Both the position numbers and the translations under genes were made by a program. From Gemmatimonadota bacterium (GTDB lineage: Bacteria; Gemmatimonadota; Gemmatimonadetes; Longimicrobiales; Gaopeijiaceae), in assembly GCA_007126575.1 (NCBI GenBank), contig SLBA01000019.1:1-29575 (forward strand): DNA of 29,575 bases. The letters run 5' to 3'. This document shows positions 1 to 8,274 of this stretch, in pieces; the first letter of the stretch is position 1; every line of letters begins with the position of its first letter. Under the pieces are notes generated by a model, which was not told where the DNA came from, made no database searches, and saw only the letters and a list, made by a program, of their open reading frames with translations.

Positions 1-76
1 GTCTCCCGAGCGGGCTGCACCCGCGTCGGGACATTCTCCCGGTTCCCTGTATGACCCCCTCGGATCCCCCTCGACC

Positions 77-1291
77 TTGACTGCCCTCCTGGCACTGCTC
101 GCACTCCTGAACCCCGCCCCGTCGGCGGCCGAAACCGCGGCCGACACGCTGAGCGGGCCGGGGGCATTCGTGCCCGACCAGGTCCTCACCCCCCCCGGTG
201 GGGCGCGATTCTACCTCTACACCACGGGGACCTCCGACGTCGTCGCACTGCGGGTCTCGGTGCCGATCTCCGAAGGGCCTACCGAGGCGGGCGCGGGGCA
301 GATCCTGCGGGCTCTCGCCGAAGACCGGATGAACGCCGTCGCCTCGAGAATCGGAGCTCGAGCACGGGTCGCCCGCTCACCGGACGCGCTCGTCTACGAG
401 GTGGCGGGGCCGGCGGCAGACATGGACTTTCTGGCCTGGGTCCTCCGCGAGGGGCTGAGAGAGCCCGACGCCGGTCGGTTCTCGCAGCTCCAGCGGGATG
501 CTCGCATCGATGTCGAGCGCCGGCTCGAGACCCCCGAGGGCGCTCTCGCCCTGCGGCTCCGCGATCGTCTCTCTCCCGGAACGCCCCCCATGTTCGGCAC
601 CCTCACGGCTCTCGAGCGCATGGATCCCGGCCGCGTCCGGGCCCTGTGGGAGCGGACGCATGCCCGCGATGCGTTGACGGTGGTGATCGTCGGAAATGTG
701 TCCCCGGAGGTCATCCTGGCCTCTCTGACCGACCTGGGGATCCCCGCGTCGGCCCGTGACGCGCCGCCCCCCTCCGAGGCCGGCACCGGGCAACCGATCC
801 CGACGCCGGAACTGATCCGACACTGGGTCGGAGAGGCACGCAGCGTTCCGGGTGGGCGCGACCCCCGCGCCCTCGTCGCGACCCGCATGATCGCCGAGAC
901 GATCCGCTCGGATCCCGGTGACTACGAGGTGGGCGTCGAACTGTGGGAGCTCAATCGCGGGTGGGTTCTGGTCCTCTCCGGCGCGGCGTACCCCCGGGCT
1001 CGCCAGGCCATGAGCACCCGGGTCGAGGGCCTCATTCGCGAGACCGTCGCCCGGGTCACCGACGACGAGGTGCGCAGACACGTCGCCGGATTGCGCTCCG
1101 AACTCCTAGAGGCGGCCCGGACCCCCTGGGGGCTGGCCGATGTCGTGGGGCACGCGCTCGATGCCGGAGAGGCACCCGACGCAATCCAGGAGCTCCTTGC
1201 GGAACTGCGTACGATGCGAGGGGGAGACGTCGTCCGGTTTCTCGAATCCCTGGTCGACGTCCAGCCGGTCCGCGAGGTCATGGATCCATGA
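77..1291 (+). CDS. M16 (insulinase/pitrilysin) family peptidase-like protein, predicted catalytically inactive; TTG start, or partial gene entering from upstream of the window
   Basis: The frame is open back to base 1 and the first start-like codon is TTG at 77. The N-terminus is hydrophobic (ALLALLALL), consistent with a signal peptide. The region aligning to the M16 motif G-x-x-H-x-x-E-H reads GAGQILRALAED (Q75/R78/A79, codons ~299-313), so the zinc ligands are replaced. The stop overlaps the next start (ATGA at 1288-1291). Confidence 0.55.
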   Translation: MTALLALLALLNPAPSAAETAADTLSGPGAFVPDQVLTPPGGARFYLYTTGTSDVVALRVSVPISEGPTEAGAGQILRALAEDRMNAVASRIGARARVARSPDALVYEVAGPAADMDFLAWVLREGLREPDAGRFSQLQRDARIDVERRLETPEGALALRLRDRLSPGTPPMFGTLTALERMDPGRVRALWERTHARDALTVVIVGNVSPEVILASLTDLGIPASARDAPPPSEAGTGQPIPTPELIRHWVGEARSVPGGRDPRALVATRMIAETIRSDPGDYEVGVELWELNRGWVLVLSGAAYPRARQAMSTRVEGLIRETVARVTDDEVRRHVAGLRSELLEAARTPWGLADVVGHALDAGEAPDAIQELLAELRTMRGGDVVRFLESLVDVQPVREVMDP

Positions 1292-2679
1292 CGCCCCTTC
1301 TCCTTCCCATTCGGCGTCGGATACGGTTCGTACCGGTCCTTCTCGCCCTGGCGCTCCTGGGCTGGTCGGCTCTCCTGGGGCCGGCCCCAGCCGAAGCTCA
1401 GACCGTGGCGCAGCTGCTGGTGCATCCTCGCGAACACGATGCCGTGGTGGCGGTCGCCGCTCGCTTCCCCGCCGGCGCCCAGAACGATCCGGGAGAGGCC
1501 AACGGAGCGGCTTTCCTGCTCGGGCGTGTTCTCGAGGACGAGGGTGCCCGACGGCTCGCGGAACTGAGTGCCCGGGTCTCGGTTCAGGTCGACCGGTCCG
1601 AGTTCCTGGTGACGATCGTCGCCCCCGCGGAGGATTGGGAAGAGGCCTGGCGGCGAGTCCGAGAGCTGCTCGACGGGGGCCCGCTCCCCGAGAGCGCCGT
1701 GGTCTCGGCCCGTGAGCAGCACCGCGAGCGCCTCCTCTTCGAAGAGGGTGCGCCGGGTCGCACCTTCGATCTCGAACAGAGTCGATACCTCTTCGGATCG
1801 AACCACCCCGCCGCCCGACCGACCGCCGGAACCCGGGGCGGGATCGAGCGACTGGACCGGGCAACGCTGGAGTCCTTGCGTTCGACCCACCTCCGCTGGG
1901 AAGATGCGGTGATCGGGGTCGTGGGCCCCGTCTCACTCGACGATGCCGGTCGGACCTTCAGCGGACCGGCAGAGCGGGTGGGCCCCCCACCACCCGTCCC
2001 CCCACCGGCCGCGGCGGCCCCCGCACCGGCCGATGATCCCGGAGCCGAGCCCACGCCGCCCCCGGCCCCCACTGGCCCCAGGGTCCTCATGGAGGAGCGG
2101 GCGAGCCCGCTGCAGGTCCCCGCTTCCTCACCGGTCGGCAGCCCCTGGAGCTCGGGGGACCGCCGGGTCATCGACCAGGACGTCACGAGCACATGGATCA
2201 TGGTCGCATGGCCGCTGCCGGCCGACGCTCCCATGATCCTGAAGGATTTCCTCGTCCATCTGGTCGACCTGGAGCTGAACCCGTCGCCCCCCGACCCCGG
2301 GGTGTACCGAATCGACGCCGAGATCCGGGCCATCGATGACGCGTCGGTACTGGTCGTATCCGCCAGCGTCGACCCCCGCGCCGCCTACAGCTGGGAGGAC
2401 CGAATCGTGGGAACGCTCGAGTCCCTCGAGGCCTCCCCGCCGGAAGGCGCCTTTTTCGAACTGGCGAGACGTCAGTATCGGGCTCAACGCCTGCTCGAAC
2501 ACGCGATTCCCGAAGAGCGGGCCCGCTGGATGACCCGACGCCATGCCGAGGGGGGCGAGGTCCCCCGGATCCCTGCGCAGGTCTGGGGACTGACGAGGGA
2601 GGGGGTATCGGGACTCGCGGCGGCCCGGGGCGAACCCCGGGTTCTCCTCTTCGGTCCCGTAAGCGTCATGGATCGATAA
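1288..2679 (+). CDS. Second M16-family peptidase-like protein, also lacking the HxxEH zinc motif; signal peptide plus a Pro/Ala-rich linker
   Basis: ATG at 1288 overlaps the upstream stop (ATGA). An Arg-rich n-region plus a hydrophobic stretch (RRRIRFVPVLLALALLGWSALLGPAPAEA) looks like a signal peptide. The motif position reads GAAFLLGRVLED (F/G/R in place of H/E/H). The six-frame track extends the ORF to 943, but that part overlaps gene 1 and is GC-biased, low-complexity sequence. Confidence 0.55.
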   Translation: MTPLLLPIRRRIRFVPVLLALALLGWSALLGPAPAEAQTVAQLLVHPREHDAVVAVAARFPAGAQNDPGEANGAAFLLGRVLEDEGARRLAELSARVSVQVDRSEFLVTIVAPAEDWEEAWRRVRELLDGGPLPESAVVSAREQHRERLLFEEGAPGRTFDLEQSRYLFGSNHPAARPTAGTRGGIERLDRATLESLRSTHLRWEDAVIGVVGPVSLDDAGRTFSGPAERVGPPPPVPPPAAAAPAPADDPGAEPTPPPAPTGPRVLMEERASPLQVPASSPVGSPWSSGDRRVIDQDVTSTWIMVAWPLPADAPMILKDFLVHLVDLELNPSPPDPGVYRIDAEIRAIDDASVLVVSASVDPRAAYSWEDRIVGTLESLEASPPEGAFFELARRQYRAQRLLEHAIPEERARWMTRRHAEGGEVPRIPAQVWGLTREGVSGLAAARGEPRVLLFGPVSVMDR

Positions 2680-2704
2680 ACGGGTACCGACTTTCGCTCT
2701 CGCC

Positions 2705-2733
2705 TTGATGCGATGAGAGTCAGGTGGTACTTT
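2705..2733 (+). promoter_or_regulatory. Candidate sigma-70-like promoter for the lipoprotein gene at 2774
   Basis: TTGATG (2705-2710), 17-nt spacer, TACTTT (2728-2733), inside a locally lower-GC 94-nt intergenic region. Pattern match only. Confidence 0.25.
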
Positions 2734-2773
2734 CGCCCCATCTTCCACGATCAACTGTCGGAGCGAATCAACG

Positions 2774-3550
2774 ATGAAGCGAGCGTTCTATCTGCCGCTG
2801 GCCGGCCTTCTCGTCCTCCTGGTCGCCTGTGGCCCCGGAGAGGTCATGGTGACCGCCGAGATCGACGTGAACAATCCGGAAACCGGACAACTCGAGACCC
2901 GTCCACTCGGAGACCTGGAGCTTCAGCTCCTCCCCTTCGATCGGGACGCCGTTTTCGACTCTCTGACCCAGGCGGCTCCGCGCCCCGAGCCTGAACTCTC
3001 CGCGGACCTCGAGGAGAGGCGTCAGGAGTACATCGAGGTTCAGGCCGCCGCGCGTGATGCCGAGATCGAGTGGCTGACGCGCCGCGAACGGCTCCAGGAG
3101 ATCAACAGGGAAATGGAGCAGTATTCATCGGGCGAGACCCGCTACCGCGAGCTCTTCAACGAGTTCGAGGACCAGGAGGATCGTCTGAATGCCGCCGAGT
3201 CCGATATGAATCGGCTCTTCGGTGAACTCGAGGAGCTCCAGGCGACGGTTCTCGATCAGCTCCAGCAGGCACGCCTCCAGCAGGAAACGTGGGAGGACGA
3301 GGCCTTTGCGGATTACGGAGATGTCGTCGCAGCCAAGCTCTCCGAAGCTGGCCGGGACATGGCCTACGACACCACCGACGCCACCGGGATGGCGAGGCTG
3401 CAGCTCCGACCGGGCACGTGGTGGATCCACACCCGTCATCGCCTCCCCACCGAGGAACTTTACTGGAACGTACGTGTCGAGGTTGAGCGAGGGGACCCCG
3501 TCGAAGTCCTGCTGAATCGGAGCAACGCGGAAACCCGCCCGGTCCTGTAG
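2774..3550 (+). CDS. Hypothetical lipoprotein with a central coiled-coil region
   Basis: Signal peptide with lipobox LLVAC-G. The middle part is Glu/Arg/Leu/Gln-rich with heptad character (EERRQEYIEVQAAARDAEIEWLTRRERLQEINREMEQ...). Amino-acid composition is non-random. A candidate promoter sits upstream. Confidence 0.55.
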   Translation: MKRAFYLPLAGLLVLLVACGPGEVMVTAEIDVNNPETGQLETRPLGDLELQLLPFDRDAVFDSLTQAAPRPEPELSADLEERRQEYIEVQAAARDAEIEWLTRRERLQEINREMEQYSSGETRYRELFNEFEDQEDRLNAAESDMNRLFGELEELQATVLDQLQQARLQQETWEDEAFADYGDVVAAKLSEAGRDMAYDTTDATGMARLQLRPGTWWIHTRHRLPTEELYWNVRVEVERGDPVEVLLNRSNAETRPVL

Positions 3551-3678
3551 TCGCCGGGGGGCGGCATACCGCTCCCACCAGCCGTTCGAAGCCGGGCGCC
3601 CCCAGCGCCCCGGGGACCATCTCGGGTTCTCGGGGCGCTTGGTGATCCGATGTACTTCATTCCCGTGACGGAGGCTTC

Positions 3679-5856
3679 ATGGCCAGCCCGAGCGCCGCCA
3701 GCCCACACCTCGAAATCGACGACCACGGCATCGCCCACGTCATTTTCGATGATCCCGAGCGCTCCGCGAACGTTCTGACCGAAGCCGTGATGCGTCGCCT
3801 CGAAGACGTACAGGCCGAGATCGAGTCCGGCGCGCAAGACGAAACGGTCAAGGGCGTCCTCTTTCGCAGCGGCAAGTCCAGCTTCATCGTCGGGGCCGAC
3901 GTCGATGCGATCGCAAGGATCGAGAGTCCCCTCGAGGGCGCCGAGGCCGCTCGCGAGGGCCAGGCCCTCTATCTCGCAATCGAACGCCTCCCGATCCCGA
4001 CCGTCGCCGCGATCAACGGGACCTGCATGGGCGGAGGCACCGAGCTCGCACTCGCCTGTCGCTACCGCCTGATCTCCGACGCACCGGGCACCAAGATGGG
4101 GCTGCCCGAGGTGCAGCTCGGAATCCTTCCCGCATGGGGCGGGACCACCCGCCTCCCCCGACTGATCGGACTCCAGGCGGCCCTCGATCTTCTCCTGACC
4201 GGAAAGACCGTTGACGGGCGGAAGGCCAGGCGGCTGGGCCTCGTCGAAGACGTCCTCCCCGCCTCGACCTTCGCGAGTGCCTCCGAGGCCTTCCTGCGCG
4301 AACGCATCGGGACCGAGGGCAAACTCCCGACCGGAGCCGACCGGAGCTTCTTCAAGCGGATCGTCGAGGACACGGCTCCGGGCCGGGCGATCATCCTTCG
4401 CACCGCCCGATCCCGGGTCATGGATCGGACCGGGGGACACTACCCCGCCCCGCTCAAGATCATCGACGTGCTCTCGAAGTCGGCGGGCCGCTCGGTCGAG
4501 AAGGCACTCGAGTACGAGGCGCTCGCAGCCGGCGAGCTGATCGCATCCCGGGTGTCTCGCTCCCTGATCCACGTCTTCCACATGCGCGAGGCCGCCCGGA
4601 AGGGGACCGGTGTCGAGGGCGAGGTCGATCCCCGCGAGGTCTCGGAGATGGCCGTGCTGGGCGCCGGCGTGATGGGAGGGGGAATCGCCCAGCTGGCCGC
4701 CTACAACGGGATCCGGGTGCGCATGAAGGACATCCGGCACGACGCGGTCGCCAGCGGACTTCGGTACGCCCGCTCTCTGTTCGACAAGGCGGCCGAGCGC
4801 CGGAAGATCTCGAGCAGGGAGGCCGATCAGGCCATGGACCTCATCTCGGGGAGCCTCGAGTACACGGGCTTCGCCCAGCTGGACCTGGTGGTCGAGGCGG
4901 TCGTCGAGAAGATGGGGGTGAAGCGGACGGTCCTGGCAGAGGCCGAGGCGCTCGTCCCCGAGGGATGCGTCATGACCACCAACACCTCGACGCTCTCGGT
5001 GGACGAGATGGCCGAGGCCCTCGAGCGGCCCCGGGATTTCTGCGGCATGCACTTCTTCAACCCCGTCCACAAGATGCCCCTGGTCGAGGTGGTCCGGGGC
5101 AAGCACTCGAGTGATCGGGCGATCGCCACCGTCTACGCCCTTTCGCTCCGCCTGGGCAAGGTGCCGATCGTCGTCAACGACGGCCCGGGCTTCCTGGTCA
5201 ACCGGATTCTCGGACCCTATCTGAACGAAGCCGGGCACCTCCTGGCCGAGGGGGCCTCGGTGGAATCGATCGACCGGGCGGCGACGGAGTTCGGCATGCC
5301 GATGGGCCCCCTGCGGCTCGTCGACGAGGTCGGGATCGACATCGCGCGCCACGCCGGCGAGGTCCTGTACGAGGCCTTCGGCGACCGGATGAAGCCCTCG
5401 GGGCCCCTCGTGTCGATCGGCGAGACCGACCGGCTCGGCACCAAGGGTGGGCTGGGCTTCTACCGCTACGAGAACGGGAAGGAGCAGGGGGTTGACCCCG
5501 ACGTGTACGGGGCACTCGGCGATGCCGTGCCGTCGGAGCGCCGCACGATTCCCGAAGAGGACATCCGGGCCCGTCTCGTCCTGATGATGATGAACGAGGC
5601 CTCGCGGGTGCTCGATGACGGGGTCGCCGCATCGGCCGCCGATGTGGACCTCGCCATGATCATGGGCACCGGATTCCCACCCTTCCGGGGAGGTCTGCTG
5701 CGCTTCGCCGACGAGCTTCACCCGCGCCTGGTCGTGGAGCGACTTCGGGAATACGAGGCGGAGCACGGCGAGCGGTTCGCCCCGTCATCCCTTCTCCTGC
5801 GCCTCGCATCGAGCGACCAGCGGTTCTACGAGGCCTTTCCGGCGCCGGAGAGATGA
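3679..5856 (+). CDS. fadJ: Fatty-acid oxidation multifunctional enzyme, FadB/FadJ type: N-terminal enoyl-CoA hydratase (crotonase fold) + C-terminal 3-hydroxyacyl-CoA dehydrogenase
   Basis: 725 aa. The crotonase region carries GADV/GGG motifs (FIVGADVD, CMGGGTELALAC). An NAD-binding Rossmann motif (VLGAGVMGGGIAQ) opens the 3HCDH domain, and the C-terminal 3HCDH_C region is present (IMGTGFPPFRGG). GGAGG RBS sits 6 nt before the ATG. The stop overlaps the next start (ATGA at 5853-5856). Confidence 0.85.
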   Translation: MASPSAASPHLEIDDHGIAHVIFDDPERSANVLTEAVMRRLEDVQAEIESGAQDETVKGVLFRSGKSSFIVGADVDAIARIESPLEGAEAAREGQALYLAIERLPIPTVAAINGTCMGGGTELALACRYRLISDAPGTKMGLPEVQLGILPAWGGTTRLPRLIGLQAALDLLLTGKTVDGRKARRLGLVEDVLPASTFASASEAFLRERIGTEGKLPTGADRSFFKRIVEDTAPGRAIILRTARSRVMDRTGGHYPAPLKIIDVLSKSAGRSVEKALEYEALAAGELIASRVSRSLIHVFHMREAARKGTGVEGEVDPREVSEMAVLGAGVMGGGIAQLAAYNGIRVRMKDIRHDAVASGLRYARSLFDKAAERRKISSREADQAMDLISGSLEYTGFAQLDLVVEAVVEKMGVKRTVLAEAEALVPEGCVMTTNTSTLSVDEMAEALERPRDFCGMHFFNPVHKMPLVEVVRGKHSSDRAIATVYALSLRLGKVPIVVNDGPGFLVNRILGPYLNEAGHLLAEGASVESIDRAATEFGMPMGPLRLVDEVGIDIARHAGEVLYEAFGDRMKPSGPLVSIGETDRLGTKGGLGFYRYENGKEQGVDPDVYGALGDAVPSERRTIPEEDIRARLVLMMMNEASRVLDDGVAASAADVDLAMIMGTGFPPFRGGLLRFADELHPRLVVERLREYEAEHGERFAPSSLLLRLASSDQRFYEAFPAPER

Positions 5857-6488
5857 CCCCGGGCGAGGGGCTCATCGGGATCATACCGGCCGCCGGACGC
5901 TCGTCCCGGATCGGGGGAAACCCGAAGCCTCTCCTGGATACGGGAAGCGGGACCTTCCTCGAGCGCACCGTGAGGGCCCTCGGCGAAGGCGGCGCGGCGT
6001 CCGTGCACGTCGGCGTACGCCACGAGGCCGGCCCGGTCACGGCCGCGGTGCGACGGCTGGGTGCCCGCCCGCACGTACCGGTCGACGTCGACGACGGCCC
6101 GATCGCCACCATCCGGACCGTGATCCGGACGCTGCGCGACGAGGGTGAGGCCCCCGCGGCGATCCTCTTCCTCCCGGTCGACATCCCCGAGGTCACTCCC
6201 AAGGTGGTCCGGGCCCTGGTCGAGAGCTGGTGTCAATTCGACGCACCGCTCGTGCTCCCGGCCAGCCGGGGCCGGACCGGACATCCCGCGCTCTTCTCGG
6301 GAGTGCTCCTCGACGAACTCCTGGAGCCCGACCTCGCCGAAGGGGCACGGACCATCGTCGAGCGACACCGCGCCGACGCCCGGATCATCGAGGTCGACGA
6401 CGAGGGGATCCTGATCGACATCGACACCCTTCCCGAGTATCGGCGCAGGTTCCCGGACGCGTACCGCAAGCGATTTCAGAAATGGTGA
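5853..6488 (+). CDS. MobA/MocA-like molybdenum-cofactor nucleotidyltransferase (NTP_transf_3 family); context suggests CTP:molybdopterin cytidylyltransferase
   Basis: N-terminal GIIPAAGRSSRIGG-NPKPLL matches the glycine-rich motif of MobA/MocA (LAAGxSxRMG...K). Downstream motifs PVDIP and GHPALF fit the family. 211 aa. XdhC-family genes follow immediately. Confidence 0.6.
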   Translation: MTPGEGLIGIIPAAGRSSRIGGNPKPLLDTGSGTFLERTVRALGEGGAASVHVGVRHEAGPVTAAVRRLGARPHVPVDVDDGPIATIRTVIRTLRDEGEAPAAILFLPVDIPEVTPKVVRALVESWCQFDAPLVLPASRGRTGHPALFSGVLLDELLEPDLAEGARTIVERHRADARIIEVDDEGILIDIDTLPEYRRRFPDAYRKRFQKW

Positions 6489-7360
6489 CGACCGGCCTCT
6501 CGGTGGTCGAGGCCGCCCGGGAGACCCTGGCGGCACGGGAGCGAGGAGCCACGGTCGTTGTGGCCCTCGTGCTCGATGGACCCTGCGCAGGAGCACGGCG
6601 GCTCCGCATCCGCGAGCGCTCGGGTGAAGGTGGCCCTCGGAACCACTCGGTCGGAGCGCTGGGACACCCCCACCTCGAAGGCCTCGTCGACGGACTCCTT
6701 CACGACGCGCTCGACGGCGAGCCGCTGAGCGCCCGCTCCAGCGAGGCCGGCACGCGCACGGTGGTCCTTCCGGGCACCACGACCGAGGTCCCGGTCTATC
6801 TCGAGCGAACCCGCCCTCCCTCCGGACTCCTGATCGTGGGGGCGGGGCACATCGCGGAACCCCTTCACCTGCAGGGGGCCCTCCTGGGCTTCCGGGTCAC
6901 CGTGGCCGACGATCGCCCGGACTTCGCCGACCCGGCACGCTTTCCCCGGGCCCATCGGGTCGTTCGCATCGACTTCACCGATCCCTTCGACCAGATCGAG
7001 CGTGCGGACCGGTCGCACGTCATCCTCGTGACCCGGGGGCACCGCTACGACTACGAGTGTCTACGTCGGCTGGTGGTCGAGGACCCGCTGCCCGAGTACA
7101 TCGGGATGATCGGGAGTCGTCGCCGGGTGCGTGCCACCTTCCACCAGCTCCTCGAGGAAGGGGTTCCACGGGCGGCCCTGGAGCGGATCCGGGCTCCCGT
7201 CGGGCTCGACCTCGGTGCCGAGACCCCCGGCGAGATCGCGGTCGCGGTGGCCGCCGAGTGGGTCGCGATCGCCCGGGGCGGCAGTGGCCGCCCGATGGTC
7301 GAGGTGGAGCGAGTCGCCGAACGATTCTTCCCCGACGAGGCCGACGATGCGAGAAAGTGA
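6482..7360 (+). CDS. XdhC/CoxI-family molybdoenzyme maturation factor, full length (N-domain plus Rossmann-like C-domain)
   Basis: ATG at 6482 overlaps the upstream stop (ATGGTGA). The C-domain has the family hallmarks LLIVGAGHIAEPL...RVTVADDRP...HVILVTRGHRYDYECL...YIGMIGSRRR...PVGLDLGAETPGEIAVAV. The N-domain is recognisable but degenerate, with no GSxPR motif. The track's longer ORF from 6230 overlaps the MocA-like gene out of frame. Confidence 0.7.
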   Translation: MVTTGLSVVEAARETLAARERGATVVVALVLDGPCAGARRLRIRERSGEGGPRNHSVGALGHPHLEGLVDGLLHDALDGEPLSARSSEAGTRTVVLPGTTTEVPVYLERTRPPSGLLIVGAGHIAEPLHLQGALLGFRVTVADDRPDFADPARFPRAHRVVRIDFTDPFDQIERADRSHVILVTRGHRYDYECLRRLVVEDPLPEYIGMIGSRRRVRATFHQLLEEGVPRAALERIRAPVGLDLGAETPGEIAVAVAAEWVAIARGGSGRPMVEVERVAERFFPDEADDARK

Positions 7361-7676
7361 CGAGCACCTGAACGTGCTTCGCACTCTGGTCGAGGGCGCC
7401 GAGCGGGGCGAGCCCATGGTCGTCGCGACGATCGTGCGGACCCGCGGCTCGACCCCCCGAAAGGAGGGGGCCCGGATGGTCGTGGGGGCCGACGGACGAG
7501 TCCGCGCCGGCACGGTGGGGGGAGGCTGCGGCGAAGGCGAGGTGCTCGAGGCCGCCGCCAGGACGCTGAGCGACGGGCAGAGTCGAACGGTGCGGGTCGA
7601 CCTCACCGAGGACCTGCTCACCCTCTCCCCGGCCGTCTGTGGAGGGATCATGGAGATCAGGGTGGAGAGGGCGTGA
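7347..7676 (+). CDS. Stand-alone XdhC/CoxI N-terminal-domain protein (~109 aa)
   Basis: The sequence MVVATIVRTRGSTPRKEGARMVVGADGRVRAGTVGGGCGEGEV is a canonical XdhC_CoxI N-domain (GS-PR...GA-M...G-VSGGC-E). ATG at 7347 overlaps the upstream gene by 14 nt in another frame. The stop overlaps the next start (GTGA). Confidence 0.6.
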   Translation: MRESDEHLNVLRTLVEGAERGEPMVVATIVRTRGSTPRKEGARMVVGADGRVRAGTVGGGCGEGEVLEAAARTLSDGQSRTVRVDLTEDLLTLSPAVCGGIMEIRVERA

Positions 7677-8260
7677 GCCTCGGCCCGATCATGCCGGAGC
7701 TCCCTCGCCCGGTGCGAATCCACTACTGCCGACCTCCGGACCGGGTCACGATCTTCGAACAGCTGCTGATCCGTGACGCGGGGTGGGTGAAGATCACGTT
7801 CGCCCGGAACCTCGTCCGAACCGAGCCGGTCCGCATCGACGGTCAGATCGCGCTGGAATCGGGCTCGGACGCAGTCTGGTTCACCTTTCCGGGCCTCTGG
7901 CACGACATCGGGCGGTTCCACCGGGCCGATGGGCGTTTCACAGGAACGTACGCCAACCTGATCACCCCCTGCGTGTTCGAGCCGGGCGGGGAGTGGGAGA
8001 CCACCGACCTCTTCCTGGACCTGTGGATCCCCGCCGGCGATCCCCCCTCGAGCGTTCGACTGCTCGACGAAGAGGAGCTCGCCGAGGCGGAATCCGAGGG
8101 TCGGCTGTCGGGGGCCCTTGCAGCCAGGGCCCGTGAGGAGGCCGCCGAGCTCCTCACAGCGGCCCGGACAGGCGCCTGGCCCCCGGCGGTGGTCGACGAA
8201 TGGACCCGGGATCGGTGCCTGGCCGAAGTGCGGGGCCCCGTCCCCAAACCGCGGCGCTGA
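7673..8260 (+). CDS. DUF402 family protein (FomD/Ntdp-like nucleoside di/triphosphatase fold)
   Basis: Motif TDLFLDLWIPAGDPPSSVRLLDEEELAEA matches the DUF402 signature (DLxLDxxV-dG--xllDeDEL). GTG at 7673 overlaps the upstream stop. It is the last gene of the + strand block. Confidence 0.55.
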   Translation: MSLGPIMPELPRPVRIHYCRPPDRVTIFEQLLIRDAGWVKITFARNLVRTEPVRIDGQIALESGSDAVWFTFPGLWHDIGRFHRADGRFTGTYANLITPCVFEPGGEWETTDLFLDLWIPAGDPPSSVRLLDEEELAEAESEGRLSGALAARAREEAAELLTAARTGAWPPAVVDEWTRDRCLAEVRGPVPKPRR

Positions 8261-8274
8261 TCCGGGTCAGGTGG

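Noticed and set aside
943-1287. 5' extension of the second M16-like gene to 943, and similar extensions (6230-6481 for XdhC, 7131-7346 for XdhC-N, 10045-10554 for HAD, 26453-26884 for the SDR, 17531-17809 for rlpA)
   Set aside because: These extensions overlap the preceding genes out of frame. The chosen internal starts give sensible N-termini (signal peptides or conserved motifs) and create classic 4-nt stop/start overlaps.
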